Positions 44,877-54,782 of a DNA stretch of 56,648 bases are shown in pieces. Numbering within the stretch: the stretch's first letter is position 1; each line of letters starts with the position of its first letter. The notes below the pieces were generated by a model that had not been told where the DNA came from, made no database searches, and saw nothing but the letters and a program-made list of their open reading frames with translations. Position numbers and translations under genes: made by a program. The DNA is from a virus (taxonomy: Duplodnaviria; Caudoviricetes), in IMG/VR virus record IMGVR_UViG_3300048834_000930, positions 1 through 56,648 of that record; one strand, given 5' to 3'.

Positions 44877-46384
44877 GCGTGCCAGTTCTCTTGCCCTACC
44901 AGCAGCGGTGGATTGCCGATCGCTCGCAAGTGAAGATTGCGGAGAAAAGTCGGCGAATCGGGCTAACCTGGGCTGAGGCGGCGGATTGTGTGTTGCGAGC
45001 AGCAACTCGAAAGCGCGACGGTGGCGAGGATTGCTACTACGTCGGATACAACAAAGAGCTCGCGCTTGAATTCATCATGACGTGCGCCGAGTGGGCGCGG
45101 TCGTTCTCACTGGTCTTCAGGCAATCGGTTGCGGTTCTCGATGAGGATGGTGCTGAACGGATCATCACGGCGGGGCAGGAGATGGTCTTGCGCGACGATC
45201 GGTCGATTCTCGTGTTCCGGATTCACTTCGATTCGGGATTTCGCATTGTCGCATTGAGCTCGAAGCCCTCGAACTTGCGCGGCAAGCAAGGGCATGTCGT
45301 GGTCGACGAGGCGGCGTTTCACTCGAACGTGCCCGAGCTGCTCAAGGCCGCGATGGCACTGACGATTTGGGGTGGATCGCTGGCCATCATCTCAACACAC
45401 AACGGAGTCGACAACGACTTCAACAAGCTCTGCGAGGATGCGAAACTTGGGGTCAAGCCGTTCTCGGTGCATCGCATCACGTTCGACGACGCGGTGAGTG
45501 ATGGGCTGTTCAAGCGGATTTGCCTGGTCCAGCGCAAGAGGTGGACTCAGGCCGGGCAAGACGAGTTTGCCGCGGGCATCCGCGCCCTCTATGGCGAGGG
45601 GGCGGAAGAGGAGCTCGACGTTGTACCAGCTCGATCCGGGGGGCAATTCATCTCCCGGCCATTGGTCGAGAGCTGCATGACCCTGGCTACTCACGAGGGT
45701 GTTGTCCTCCGATTCACCCTCGAGGATGGGAGCGGCGATGCGTGGATCGATCAGTGCAAGGCGAAGGCGCAGCACTGGCTAGACCACGATGTGATTCCGC
45801 GCGTGAAGAAGCTGCGAGTGCATCAAGATCACTTCTTCGGTGTCGACTTCGGGCGCGTGGCCAACTTGACCGTGCTGGCGATCGGCGAGCTCGAGCAAAG
45901 CCTCAAGCGGCTCGTGCCGATCATCATCGAGCTGGAGAACTGCCCATTTGCCGTTCAAGAGCTCGTGCTCATGACGACCATCGACGCGCTTAGCAGGTTG
46001 TGCGGAGGCAAGCTAGACAACGGCGGACTTGGCCGCGAGATGAGCGAGAAGATCTGCAACAGGTTCGGCCAGACTATCGAGGCCGTGAACTTCACCGAGG
46101 CGTGGTACCTGGAGAATATGCCGCCGATGAAGGCGCTTTTTGAAGACGGGGCGGTGGCGATGCCAAAAGACGCAGACGTGCTCAACGACCTCACGGCGAT
46201 CCAACGCATCAAGGGCGTGCCGAAGTTGCCGAAGCAAACGACGAAGTCGACGCAAAGGCAGAAGCGGCATGGTGACGCTGCGATTGCATTGGCCTTGCTC
46301 TTCGCAGCCTTCGGACCGCGTCGACCGAAACGTGCGCTTGGCAGCGTGCCTTCACTTGGTGGTAAGCGAGGCGGATTCTTGTGA
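44873..46384 (+). CDS. terL: terminase large subunit, Mu gp28-like
   Basis: LLPYQQRW...EKSRRIGLTW, LRGKQG..VVDEAAF, ISTHNG, GVDFGR, HGDAAIA. Confidence 0.95.
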   Translation: MSVPVLLPYQQRWIADRSQVKIAEKSRRIGLTWAEAADCVLRAATRKRDGGEDCYYVGYNKELALEFIMTCAEWARSFSLVFRQSVAVLDEDGAERIITAGQEMVLRDDRSILVFRIHFDSGFRIVALSSKPSNLRGKQGHVVVDEAAFHSNVPELLKAAMALTIWGGSLAIISTHNGVDNDFNKLCEDAKLGVKPFSVHRITFDDAVSDGLFKRICLVQRKRWTQAGQDEFAAGIRALYGEGAEEELDVVPARSGGQFISRPLVESCMTLATHEGVVLRFTLEDGSGDAWIDQCKAKAQHWLDHDVIPRVKKLRVHQDHFFGVDFGRVANLTVLAIGELEQSLKRLVPIIIELENCPFAVQELVLMTTIDALSRLCGGKLDNGGLGREMSEKICNRFGQTIEAVNFTEAWYLENMPPMKALFEDGAVAMPKDADVLNDLTAIQRIKGVPKLPKQTTKSTQRQKRHGDAAIALALLFAAFGPRRPKRALGSVPSLGGKRGGFL

Positions 46385-46431
46385 GCTCGCCTTGACTTCG
46401 TCGAATCAATATTCGCCGCTATGCAAGACGG

Positions 46432-47727
46432 GTGCCCCAAGATCCGATTATTTACGGCCCAAACGGCAAGCCGGTTGATCGTGCCAGAGTTGAGAAAACC
46501 TTGGTTCGGCCGCAATCGTTCCCCGGAAAGAACGAATGGCAGGAGCAAATTGCTGGTGGGCTGTCGCCAGCGGACCTTGCATCGATTTACCAAGATGCTG
46601 CGAATATTGACGGCGACCCATCGAGATTTTTGAACTTTGCTGAGGAGCTTGAGGAGCGCGACGGCCACTATGCCGGCATCCTCTCCACGCGTAAGCACGC
46701 GGTTGCCGGCGTCGAATATTCGTTCGTTGGCCCCGATAAGGCGTTGGCTGAGGAAATTGCGTCGATGCTCAAACTTGTCTTGGTCGACGCGATTGATGCT
46801 TTGCTTGACGGCATTGGCAAGGGATATTCGGTCGTCAAAATCCTTTGGGGCCTCAACGAAAAGCGGTGGGCGATTGCCGGGTTTGAGTGGGTCGATCCGC
46901 ATTGGCTGCGATGGAAGGGCAATATTCCGATGCTGCTCAGCGCGGATGGTAAGAAGACGACGGATCTGCCGCCATTTACCTTTGCGGTGCACTTGCCTCG
47001 ATTGAAGTGCGGTGCGCCTATTCGCGGCGGCCTTGCGCGCCGGTGTGGCTTCTTGCACCTCGCCAAGTCCTACTCGCTAAAAGACTGGCTCGGCCTTGCG
47101 CGTGTGTATGGGATGCCAGTTCCGACGGGCCAGTATCCGCGAAGTTCAACAAAGGAAGAAATTGACGACCTGCTTAGAGTTGTCAAAAATCTTAGATCCT
47201 ACGGCGGCGGCGTTTATCCGGACAATGCGAAGGTGGCATTTGAGCACTCGTCGGCCGCGGCAAACGGCAAGTCGATGTTTGGCGATCTCTTCGAGATGAT
47301 GAACGCTGAGATGTCAAAGGCGGTGCTTGGCCAGGTCGGGACATCCGATGGCGGTCAAGGCAACTCGCGCCAAACCGAGATGGGCAAGGTGCGACGCGAC
47401 ATTTTGGAGCATGACGCGAAGTCGCTGGCGATCACGCTCACGAGGTGGATCGTGCAGCCGTATTGCTGGCTCAACTATGGGACTGTCGAGAACGCGCCGG
47501 TTGTCGTGCCGGGCATTTCTTCGATCGAAGACATCTTGGCGTTCTCGCGTTCCGTTGGCGAGCTTGTCGATGTCGGTCTCCCGATTGGTGTCGACGCGGT
47601 CTACGAGCACTTGCCGATCCGGCCGGCCGCCGAGGGCGAAGCTTTGTTGACGCCTCGAGTTGCGGTTGGCCCCGCGCCGAGTCCTGACGATTCAAATGAC
47701 AACGAGGGTGATGATGGCAAAAAGTAA
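46432..47727 (+). CDS. portal protein, Mu gp29/DUF935
   Basis: EELEERDGH...TRK.AV, DGIGKGYSV..I.W, W...A..YGMP, MSKAVLGQ. Confidence 0.92.
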   Translation: MPQDPIIYGPNGKPVDRARVEKTLVRPQSFPGKNEWQEQIAGGLSPADLASIYQDAANIDGDPSRFLNFAEELEERDGHYAGILSTRKHAVAGVEYSFVGPDKALAEEIASMLKLVLVDAIDALLDGIGKGYSVVKILWGLNEKRWAIAGFEWVDPHWLRWKGNIPMLLSADGKKTTDLPPFTFAVHLPRLKCGAPIRGGLARRCGFLHLAKSYSLKDWLGLARVYGMPVPTGQYPRSSTKEEIDDLLRVVKNLRSYGGGVYPDNAKVAFEHSSAAANGKSMFGDLFEMMNAEMSKAVLGQVGTSDGGQGNSRQTEMGKVRRDILEHDAKSLAITLTRWIVQPYCWLNYGTVENAPVVVPGISSIEDILAFSRSVGELVDVGLPIGVDAVYEHLPIRPAAEGEALLTPRVAVGPAPSPDDSNDNEGDDGKK

Positions 47728-48790
47728 AGACGAACAAGTCACGAGTTTTGATCTCGGCATCGAGTTTTCCGTTGCGAATAACGCTGCTCAGGTTGCCGGT
47801 GAGGGGACGACGAGCGAACCTCCGAGTGAGTTTCTCCTGATCCCTGACGAGCCGACGATTTACGCGCGGGATGGTCGGGTGTTCCGCGTCTATGACCGTA
47901 CCGCGTTGCTCGAAGCGTTCGCGGCGAATCAGGCTGAGTTGCCGATCGACGTCAATCACAACGAGTTTTCGTGGTCCTCGAATGTAGACCGACGAGCCTA
48001 CGGTTGGATCGGCGGCCTCGAAGCGGTCGGGAATTTCGGAATCAAAGCGACGAAGGTCGTGTGGACCGAGCTCGGCATTGAAGCGCTCACGAAGAAATTC
48101 TACCGCTACATCTCCGGCGCCTTCGCTGTGTCGTGGCTCGACGAAGCCGACGGAACTGAAGTCGCCTTGATTACGCGGGTTCTCAACGCCGGGTTAGTCA
48201 ATAGGGGAGCAATGGTCCTGCCCGCGCTAGCAAGTGAACGGCGGGACAACTCAACCGGAGAGAGCACAGGTGAAACGATGACTCCCAAGATTCTGCAAGT
48301 ACTCGGTCTCTTAGCGACCGCAACCGAAACTCAAGTGTGCGAGGCAATCGCCACACTGCAACAAAAAGCGACGGCGACCACTGGCGTTGACCCGCTGAAG
48401 TTCGCGCCAATCGAAGACTATCGTGTCGCGCTGGCTCGCGCTGAGCGTGCCGAGTCAGAGCTGCGAACCTCGCAAGCGACGGCTCTTGCCAGCGAGGCAA
48501 AGTCGCAGATCGACCTCGCAATCTCGCAGGGTAAGGCTCCGCCCTCGATGCGGCCCATGTTCGAGCAGCTCTGCTCAAGCCGTGAAGGGCTTGAGGCGTT
48601 CAAGGTCAACATGGCTGGCGTGCAGCCCATTGTTGGACTCGTGTCGCATGTGTCCGGCGGGGTGAAGCCGCCTGGCGCATCGGATGATTCTGGCGGCGCG
48701 GCCCTAACCTCCGATGAGCGAGCAATCGCCAAGCAGCTCGGCATCTCCGATGACGAATACCTTGCAAGTAAGAAAGGTGCGAAGCAATGA
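47711..48790 (+). CDS. Mu I-like prohead protease with internal scaffold
   Basis: ARDGR...LPIDVNH...AYGWI...WT..G...YRYIS...GLVN; in-frame ATG 48278 after AGGTG. Confidence 0.9.
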   Translation: MMAKSKDEQVTSFDLGIEFSVANNAAQVAGEGTTSEPPSEFLLIPDEPTIYARDGRVFRVYDRTALLEAFAANQAELPIDVNHNEFSWSSNVDRRAYGWIGGLEAVGNFGIKATKVVWTELGIEALTKKFYRYISGAFAVSWLDEADGTEVALITRVLNAGLVNRGAMVLPALASERRDNSTGESTGETMTPKILQVLGLLATATETQVCEAIATLQQKATATTGVDPLKFAPIEDYRVALARAERAESELRTSQATALASEAKSQIDLAISQGKAPPSMRPMFEQLCSSREGLEAFKVNMAGVQPIVGLVSHVSGGVKPPGASDDSGGAALTSDERAIAKQLGISDDEYLASKKGAKQ

Positions 48791-49203
48791 CCGCAGCAAC
48801 ACAAGACCTCGGCTCCAAGCAGCGGATTGGCACGTTCTATGAACTTCCGCCAAAGGCTGCAACCACGCACTACATCGGAACGCTCGCCGGCGACAAAGCC
48901 GGAGAAGCATTGCCCGTCGTCGCTGACGTGCTGATCAAGCGCATCGGCGTCGTCGAAGCGATTGGCGGGCCGCAAGGCGCTCCAACTCGCATCAAGGTAT
49001 GCGTCGATCCGACGAAGATCTTTGGCCCATTCGCAAACTCGACGGCCGGTGACGCGCTCGCCGAAGCGGATGTGGGCGCCGTCGTCTATGGCGTCGACAA
49101 TCAAACTCTCGCCAAAACGGACGGATCCGCGACGCGGCCGGCTGTTGGCTACCTCCACAGCGTCACCGCTGAAGGCGTCTTTTTCACGAAGGTGAAGTAC
49201 TAA
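48787..49203 (+). CDS. head decoration/cement-like protein
   Basis: FANSTAGDA...DVG..VY.VDNQT.AKT.G..TR..VG; between protease and capsid. Confidence 0.8.
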   Translation: MTAATQDLGSKQRIGTFYELPPKAATTHYIGTLAGDKAGEALPVVADVLIKRIGVVEAIGGPQGAPTRIKVCVDPTKIFGPFANSTAGDALAEADVGAVVYGVDNQTLAKTDGSATRPAVGYLHSVTAEGVFFTKVKY

Positions 49204-49204
49204 C

Positions 49205-50089
49205 ATGCTCAACTCAGAAAACCTCACCGCCGTTCGAACGGCGCTCAACGTTCACTATCAAAAGGGCATTTCTCGATTCCACGCGAACCTTTTGAATCAG
49301 CCAGCTATCCCAGACTGGAAGCTCATCGCTGAGGAAGTGCGATCGCAGACGGACACTGAGGAATATGCTTGGGTCCGCGACGTTCCAACGATTCGGGAAT
49401 GGCTCGGCCCCCGCGAAGTTCAGATGATCTCCGCGGCCAAGTACATCCTCACGAACCGGGACTTCGAGGGAACCATGGGCGTCGATCGAAATGCGTTCGA
49501 CGACAACAAGCTCTATCAGTACGCGAAGCCGGCAGAATTGCTTGGCGTCGCCGCGGCCGAGCATCCTTACAAGAAGATTTGGAACCTCCTTCCTGGCGGA
49601 TTGGCGACTTTGTGCCATGATGGAGTTCCGTTCTTCTCGGCGTCGCATCCGCTGAAGACGGGAACTTTCTCGAACCTCGATTCCTCGGGCAGCACTGAAT
49701 ACTGGTTCCTCGCCGATTTCAGCAAGCCGATGCTTCCGCTCGTGCATCAGATTCGTAAGGATCCCGAGTTCACGAATGAAGATCGCGTCTTCGAGGAGAA
49801 GAAATACCTTTTCGGCGTCGATGACCGCCGGGCGTTTGGCTACACACTGCCGCAACTCATGTTTGCGTCGAACAAGACGCTGGATGTGACCAACTTCGAG
49901 GCCGCCTTCAATGCGATGGCCGACTTTACGAGTTGGGAGGGTCGCAAGCTTGGCATTCGCGCCACGCACCTCATTTTCCCGACGAAGCTTCGCGGCAAGG
50001 CGATGGCGATCGTCAAGGAGAAGCTCGCCGGCGGCGAAGACAACACTTGGCACAACGGCATCAACCTCGTGGAGTGCGCTTACCTATGA
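49205..50089 (+). CDS. major capsid protein, Mu gpT-like
   Basis: EEYAW...REWLGPR...N.DFE.T..V.RN..DD...CHDGVPFFS.SHP...PL..Q.RK...FGVD.R. Confidence 0.95.
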   Translation: MLNSENLTAVRTALNVHYQKGISRFHANLLNQPAIPDWKLIAEEVRSQTDTEEYAWVRDVPTIREWLGPREVQMISAAKYILTNRDFEGTMGVDRNAFDDNKLYQYAKPAELLGVAAAEHPYKKIWNLLPGGLATLCHDGVPFFSASHPLKTGTFSNLDSSGSTEYWFLADFSKPMLPLVHQIRKDPEFTNEDRVFEEKKYLFGVDDRRAFGYTLPQLMFASNKTLDVTNFEAAFNAMADFTSWEGRKLGIRATHLIFPTKLRGKAMAIVKEKLAGGEDNTWHNGINLVECAYL

Positions 50090-50406
50090 GCGACCTGCCA
50101 TTGGCGATCATTACCCCTTCGCCGGGTAAGGTTTCGCCAAAGAAGCCCGGATCCAATGAGCAACTTTCTCGTGATGGCGAAGTGCTGCGCGTGGATAGCT
50201 TTTGGCGGTGGGCTGCCGATGAGCGGCTGGTCAGCATCAACTTTGACCAGTCCGCTATCGAGGCTCGGTTGTCGAATTCCGTCGTCGAGAAAACCTCGAC
50301 AGACGAAGTCGAACAGGTCGACGATGTCGAAATGCAAGCCACTGAAGACGCGTCGGACGAAGACGGCGATTCGGCCAAGGCAAAGGCTAAGAAGGGCAAG
50401 AAATGA
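50086..50406 (+). CDS. small virion-associated protein
   Basis: ATGA-coupled after the capsid; acidic then basic tail. Confidence 0.65.
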   Translation: MSDLPLAIITPSPGKVSPKKPGSNEQLSRDGEVLRVDSFWRWAADERLVSINFDQSAIEARLSNSVVEKTSTDEVEQVDDVEMQATEDASDEDGDSAKAKAKKGKK

Positions 50407-50822
50407 CCATCGGACCATTCGTAACTAACGAGGAGCTTGTCGAGTACTTCGGCGAAAACGAAGTTCGGCTCGCGGTTACGGGTGGTGCTATTGGTTCGCC
50501 CGTCGACCTTTCAGAGCCGGAGTGGCAGACGAGGATCACCGCCGCTCTCGAAGATGCGAGCGGGCTGATCTCCACTTACATCGACGTGACAAAGGTTGAT
50601 TCATCCGTGTTGAGCAACTGGTGCCGCGACATCGCGTTTTACAAGCTTGGCCGAAAGCCCAAGAATGTGACGGAGGAAACGCGAAAGCGGTACGAGGATG
50701 CAATGGAGCAGATTAAACTCGCGGGGCAAGTGCAGCGCGCGGATGCACGCGAAGATCGAGCCATCTCGGCAAGCGGGAAGTCTTACACGCTGACGTCCGG
50801 CGAAAATGAGTGGAGCGTATGA
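50403..50822 (+). CDS. Mu gp36-like head-tail adaptor (DUF1320)
   Basis: ALEDASGLI..Y...CRDIAFYKL...RKRYEDAM. Confidence 0.88.
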   Translation: MTIGPFVTNEELVEYFGENEVRLAVTGGAIGSPVDLSEPEWQTRITAALEDASGLISTYIDVTKVDSSVLSNWCRDIAFYKLGRKPKNVTEETRKRYEDAMEQIKLAGQVQRADAREDRAISASGKSYTLTSGENEWSV

Positions 50823-51280
50823 GCGGCCTTCGTCTGCGCGCCAAAACCCGCCAAAAGCGGATGCTGATGACGCTGCGAAGGCTGGCAAATTGGCGGCCGA
50901 ATGATCTGCTTGCGTCGCTGGCATCCATTGCGTTGGAGCGGGCGCGCGCGCGGATTTTGTCGACAAAGGTGGCGCCGAGTGGCGAGTCTTGGCCACGTTG
51001 GTCGCCGCGTTACGACGCTTGGCGGGCTAAACATGCGCCGACCGGCGGCATTTTGTTCTTGTCCGGCGAGCTCGAGAAGTCGCTGGAGATTTTTGAAACG
51101 AAGTCGGCAGGGGGTCGCTACTCGGCTTTGATGGGCAGCGCGCTCGTCTATGCCGCGGCGCACAACAGCCCAAGCCCAAAAAGCAAGTTGCCGAAGCGCG
51201 AGTTTCTTGGCCTGAGCTCGCTCGACCGCGAGGAAGTTCGCCAAAAGATCCTCGATGCAATGAAAAGAGAGGCCCGATGA
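50819..51280 (+). CDS. virion morphogenesis protein (Mu G / P2 S-like)
   Basis: APSGESWP...IL..SGEL..S...GS..VYAAAHN...LPKREFLG. Confidence 0.9.
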   Translation: MSGLRLRAKTRQKRMLMTLRRLANWRPNDLLASLASIALERARARILSTKVAPSGESWPRWSPRYDAWRAKHAPTGGILFLSGELEKSLEIFETKSAGGRYSALMGSALVYAAAHNSPSPKSKLPKREFLGLSSLDREEVRQKILDAMKREAR

Positions 51281-51882
51281 TCACCGAAGCGCAGCTTGTT
51301 TCCCATTTCGTCGACGGCTTGACCGGTCTTTGCGCCGAATTTGGCATCCCGGTGCATCTGGTCAGCGAGGCGGTGAACGGCGAATTGCTCGGTCGACTTG
51401 CCATGCAGGACGTGACGATCTTGTTTGGCGTCGAGCGCTTGCGGTCGATGAATGACACGCTCATGGATTCAGCCATGTACGAGGCCAGCTTTGCGGTTGG
51501 AATCGTCGTCGATGATGCAATGCTCGCGCGCGACAAATCGATCGGCCTTCGTTTGGCGGGTGCGGTGCGCAGTGCCGTGCTTTATCTAGCGGGCAATTGC
51601 GCCGAGGGAAGCGTCACCGGTATCGCGCTCGCACCGGATGGTCGGCTGATCGAGGGGTCCGGTTGCACGATGTGGATCCTTGCGTTCGACATGGAAGACA
51701 TCGAGCTCGCCACGGAGACGAGCCTTGATTTCGTCAAACATCTCTTCAGTTCGACACTCGCCGTTGCAGGAGGAACGACCGTCCCGGATGCTCCCGAGTA
51801 TCCTGAGTTGTCGAGTTTCGAGGTTGACGTGTTCAACGATGATGACGACGAAGAACCAGCGGTCGAAGTGCTGATCGAGTGA
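51277..51882 (+). CDS. Mu gp37-like tail terminator/completion protein
   Basis: Position and size in the neck operon. Confidence 0.6.
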   Translation: MITEAQLVSHFVDGLTGLCAEFGIPVHLVSEAVNGELLGRLAMQDVTILFGVERLRSMNDTLMDSAMYEASFAVGIVVDDAMLARDKSIGLRLAGAVRSAVLYLAGNCAEGSVTGIALAPDGRLIEGSGCTMWILAFDMEDIELATETSLDFVKHLFSSTLAVAGGTTVPDAPEYPELSSFEVDVFNDDDDEEPAVEVLIE

Positions 51883-52139
51883 AAGTAAAGATTACCCCGA
51901 AGCCGGGTCACAAGTGTCACCGATGGGACGGGAAAGTGATTCCGCCCGAAGGTGAAATCGTTGATTTGAACACCACCGAGAAATCGATTTGGGCATCTCG
52001 CCTTGTCGATTGCCACGGTGATGCAACGCGCGAAGAGGTCAAGGATGCGCCCGCAAAAGCAGCGCCTCCCATGGCTGAACTCGGCAACGACCAGACTCGC
52101 GCTCGCGCGAAGGGAAAGGAGGTGAGCGATGATCGTTGA
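51879..52139 (+). CDS. Mu gp38/DUF2635-like protein
   Basis: KPGHK.....G..IPPEGE.V....W..RL...GD. Confidence 0.75.
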   Translation: MKVKITPKPGHKCHRWDGKVIPPEGEIVDLNTTEKSIWASRLVDCHGDATREEVKDAPAKAAPPMAELGNDQTRARAKGKEVSDDR

Positions 52140-53556
52140 ATTCGACCCAACCAGTCAGCTTGTTCCCGGAATTCTCACGCAATTCACCACGGGCTCGTCG
52201 CTGGGACCGGTGAGCCCAGATCGCAAGGTGCTCATCATCTCGACGATGCTCACCGGTGCGGGCGGCACCACGGGCGAGGTTGTGCGCACGTATTCGCCGG
52301 CCGACGGTGAAGCGTGGGGTAAAGGCGGGCCGATCGACGCGATGGTGCGGGCGGTCTACCGCATGGCAGCCTCAGCGAAGGTCTACGTTCTCGCACTTGC
52401 AGAAGATGCCGCTGGCACAAAGGCCAAGGTCGACGTTACATTTGCCGGCACCGCGACCGAAGCGGGTACCGCCGAATTACTCATCGCCGGCCAGCTCGTG
52501 CGATTTGCGGTGGCGAGCGGCGACGCTGCGGCAGCGGTAGCGAGCGCGGCAAGTGCAGCGATCAACAAGGTCGCGTCATTGCCAGTCGTTGGCTCGGTGG
52601 CGAGCGCAGTGGCAACGGCCACGGCGAAGTGGAAGGGATTGAGCGGCTCGTACATCGGTGTCGAAGTGCTCAACCTCCCCGCTGGCCTCACTGCGACTCC
52701 GGCCGCTACGGCTGGTACAGCGGACCCGGACGCAACGGGTGCGGTGGCGGTGCTGCAGGGCGTCCCCACCCATTTCACGCAGCTGGTCACCGACTGGACT
52801 GCGGACGCGAACATGGACTTGCTCGAAACGGAGATTGCTCGGCGCGACACGGCGCCGGTCGGGCTCGGAGGCATTCTCTACGTGGGCGTGTCGGGCACAA
52901 AAGGCACGATGCTCACGTGGGCGGATGATCGCAATGCGCGGCTCGTCTGCGCTGTCGGTGTTGGCAAAATGCCCAACGCGCCTTGGGAGGCCGCGGCGAT
53001 GGTTGCCGGTGCTCGAGCAGGTGTCGCCGATGTGGATGTGTCTTCGCTCGGCACGCCGATGCCCGGTATTCGTCCGCCGACACTGACGAGTCAATGGCTC
53101 GACGCGATCGATCGCAACGAGTTGCTCGGTGCTGGCATCTCGACGCTTCGAGTGGGCGCCGATGGCAACGTCTACATCGAGCGCCTTGTCACGACCAAGA
53201 CACTCGACGGTGCCGGCAATCCATTCGCCGAAGATCGCAACGTGATGGATCAGGAGGTGAACGCGGTGATCCGGCTGACGATCGCCGCCAAAGGCTACAA
53301 CGCCATTCTTGGCAAGAAGTTCGTGGCCGACGATGCGCCTGAAACCGACGGTCGCGTCTCGGCGCTGACGCTGCGGGCATTCATTCAAGGCGTCATTACG
53401 GGCGATCTTGGGAAATATGCCTTCGATCCCAAAGCGAGCGCCGCGACTGTGGTCGTTGAAACGGTGCCCGGCAATATCAACGCGCGCAAGGTGAAATTCA
53501 GTTTTGCGCGTATTAAAGAGGCCTTTGGTCTCTTCAATGATGTGGAGGTGAACTAA
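52129..53556 (+). CDS. tail sheath protein (Mu L-like)
   Basis: LVPG...ATAKWKGLSG...DRNELL.AGISTL...G.V.IERLVTT. Confidence 0.92.
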   Translation: MIVEFDPTSQLVPGILTQFTTGSSLGPVSPDRKVLIISTMLTGAGGTTGEVVRTYSPADGEAWGKGGPIDAMVRAVYRMAASAKVYVLALAEDAAGTKAKVDVTFAGTATEAGTAELLIAGQLVRFAVASGDAAAAVASAASAAINKVASLPVVGSVASAVATATAKWKGLSGSYIGVEVLNLPAGLTATPAATAGTADPDATGAVAVLQGVPTHFTQLVTDWTADANMDLLETEIARRDTAPVGLGGILYVGVSGTKGTMLTWADDRNARLVCAVGVGKMPNAPWEAAAMVAGARAGVADVDVSSLGTPMPGIRPPTLTSQWLDAIDRNELLGAGISTLRVGADGNVYIERLVTTKTLDGAGNPFAEDRNVMDQEVNAVIRLTIAAKGYNAILGKKFVADDAPETDGRVSALTLRAFIQGVITGDLGKYAFDPKASAATVVVETVPGNINARKVKFSFARIKEAFGLFNDVEVN

Positions 53557-53933
53557 TGGCTCAGAGAACACCATTTTCGATCACGATTAGCGGTACAACC
53601 TACCCGCTGAAGGCAAAGCCTGGGTACGGCGTCGGCGGAACTTCGTACAAGCCGGCAGTCGCCTCGGACGGCAGTGAGGTGGCGGATGCATCGGAAGCGA
53701 TGATCTACCTGCCACGCATTTCCGGAGCTGAACTTATGATGGGCGGCAAGTCGCTGGCGACACTGACCAACGACCTGAGCGCCGGGAAGCTGCTCGTCAT
53801 TCTGAAGATTCGCGCCGGCGGTGCGATTTCTACGTTCACCCTCTCGGACACGAATTGCACGACTGAAAACGTCGAAGAGAAAGAAGGCGTCGTTTCGCTG
53901 GACTTCGAAGGTGGAACGGCAACTGCAACCTGA
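53556..53933 (+). CDS. tail tube protein
   Basis: Follows the sheath; EGVVSLDFEG C-terminus of the Mu M type. Confidence 0.75.
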   Translation: MAQRTPFSITISGTTYPLKAKPGYGVGGTSYKPAVASDGSEVADASEAMIYLPRISGAELMMGGKSLATLTNDLSAGKLLVILKIRAGGAISTFTLSDTNCTTENVEEKEGVVSLDFEGGTATAT

Positions 53934-54099
53934 TGAAAAGCAAGCGTTGCACGAGATTGAAGAAATCTTTGCAGCGCTTTCGCTGACGCTCGACATGATT
54001 CACGCGCCGCAGCTCACCGTTGACGGGCTGCGGAACATGCGACGCGTTGTCGAGAAGGGCCACGCGCGGGCTGTAATGCTCAAGGAACGACTCCAATGA
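53911..54099 (+). CDS. small helical hypothetical protein
   Basis: Fills the tube-chaperone gap; ATGA coupling to the chaperone. Confidence 0.45.
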   Translation: MERQLQPDEKQALHEIEEIFAALSLTLDMIHAPQLTVDGLRNMRRVVEKGHARAVMLKERLQ

Positions 54100-54782
54100 C
54101 CGAAATTCAAGAAGATAACGAGTGGGTAAATCGCGTTCGAGTCGAAGACGATCGGCTCATCTTGCAAGTTGGCGGCAAAGAGATCGTGTTTCGCACGCGG
54201 CTTTACACCGATGATTGGGTATACCGCGACGAATTTGAGAGCGACGACGGCGACGGTATCAACGTCACGATGTACCAGTTCGAGCTGGCGCAGCGGATGA
54301 CCGGCGAATTGCCCGACGCGTTCTATCTCCTCGATGAGTTCGATTCGGCACTGGTGCAAACGGCGGTGAGCGGACTTATCGATGCTGCTTTTGACGACGC
54401 AGAGGCCGGCGTCGACCATCGCGACGGCGAAGTTTGGGCGTCGATTCGCTATCCGTTGCGGCCGCAAACTACCTCCGAGATTGAGCTGCACGGCCGCGAC
54501 GTGAAGGGACTAGAGCCTCGCAACGTCAAGTTCCGGCCAGTTCTTGCACGCGATTTGGTTCGCGCGGATGGTGCAGGTTCGCCGACGGCTCGAATCGTCA
54601 AACTGATCTCCTGCGTGACCGAGATTCCGGAGCATCAGGTGATGCGCATGGATATGCGGGACTTCGCAGCGCTGGAATCCGCGTATCGGCTGGTAAAAAA
54701 AAATCCGAGCGAAGCCGCAAGGATGACGATGAGGATGTGGATTCAGGCGCGGGCGCGAGCGCTTGCAGCTGGTGCGAATTAG
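54096..54782 (+). CDS. tail assembly chaperone (Mu gp41-like)
   Basis: LRYPL...FRPVLARDL...LIS.VT.IP...MD.RDF.AL; upstream of the tape measure gene. Confidence 0.8.
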   Translation: MTEIQEDNEWVNRVRVEDDRLILQVGGKEIVFRTRLYTDDWVYRDEFESDDGDGINVTMYQFELAQRMTGELPDAFYLLDEFDSALVQTAVSGLIDAAFDDAEAGVDHRDGEVWASIRYPLRPQTTSEIELHGRDVKGLEPRNVKFRPVLARDLVRADGAGSPTARIVKLISCVTEIPEHQVMRMDMRDFAALESAYRLVKKNPSEAARMTMRMWIQARARALAAGAN

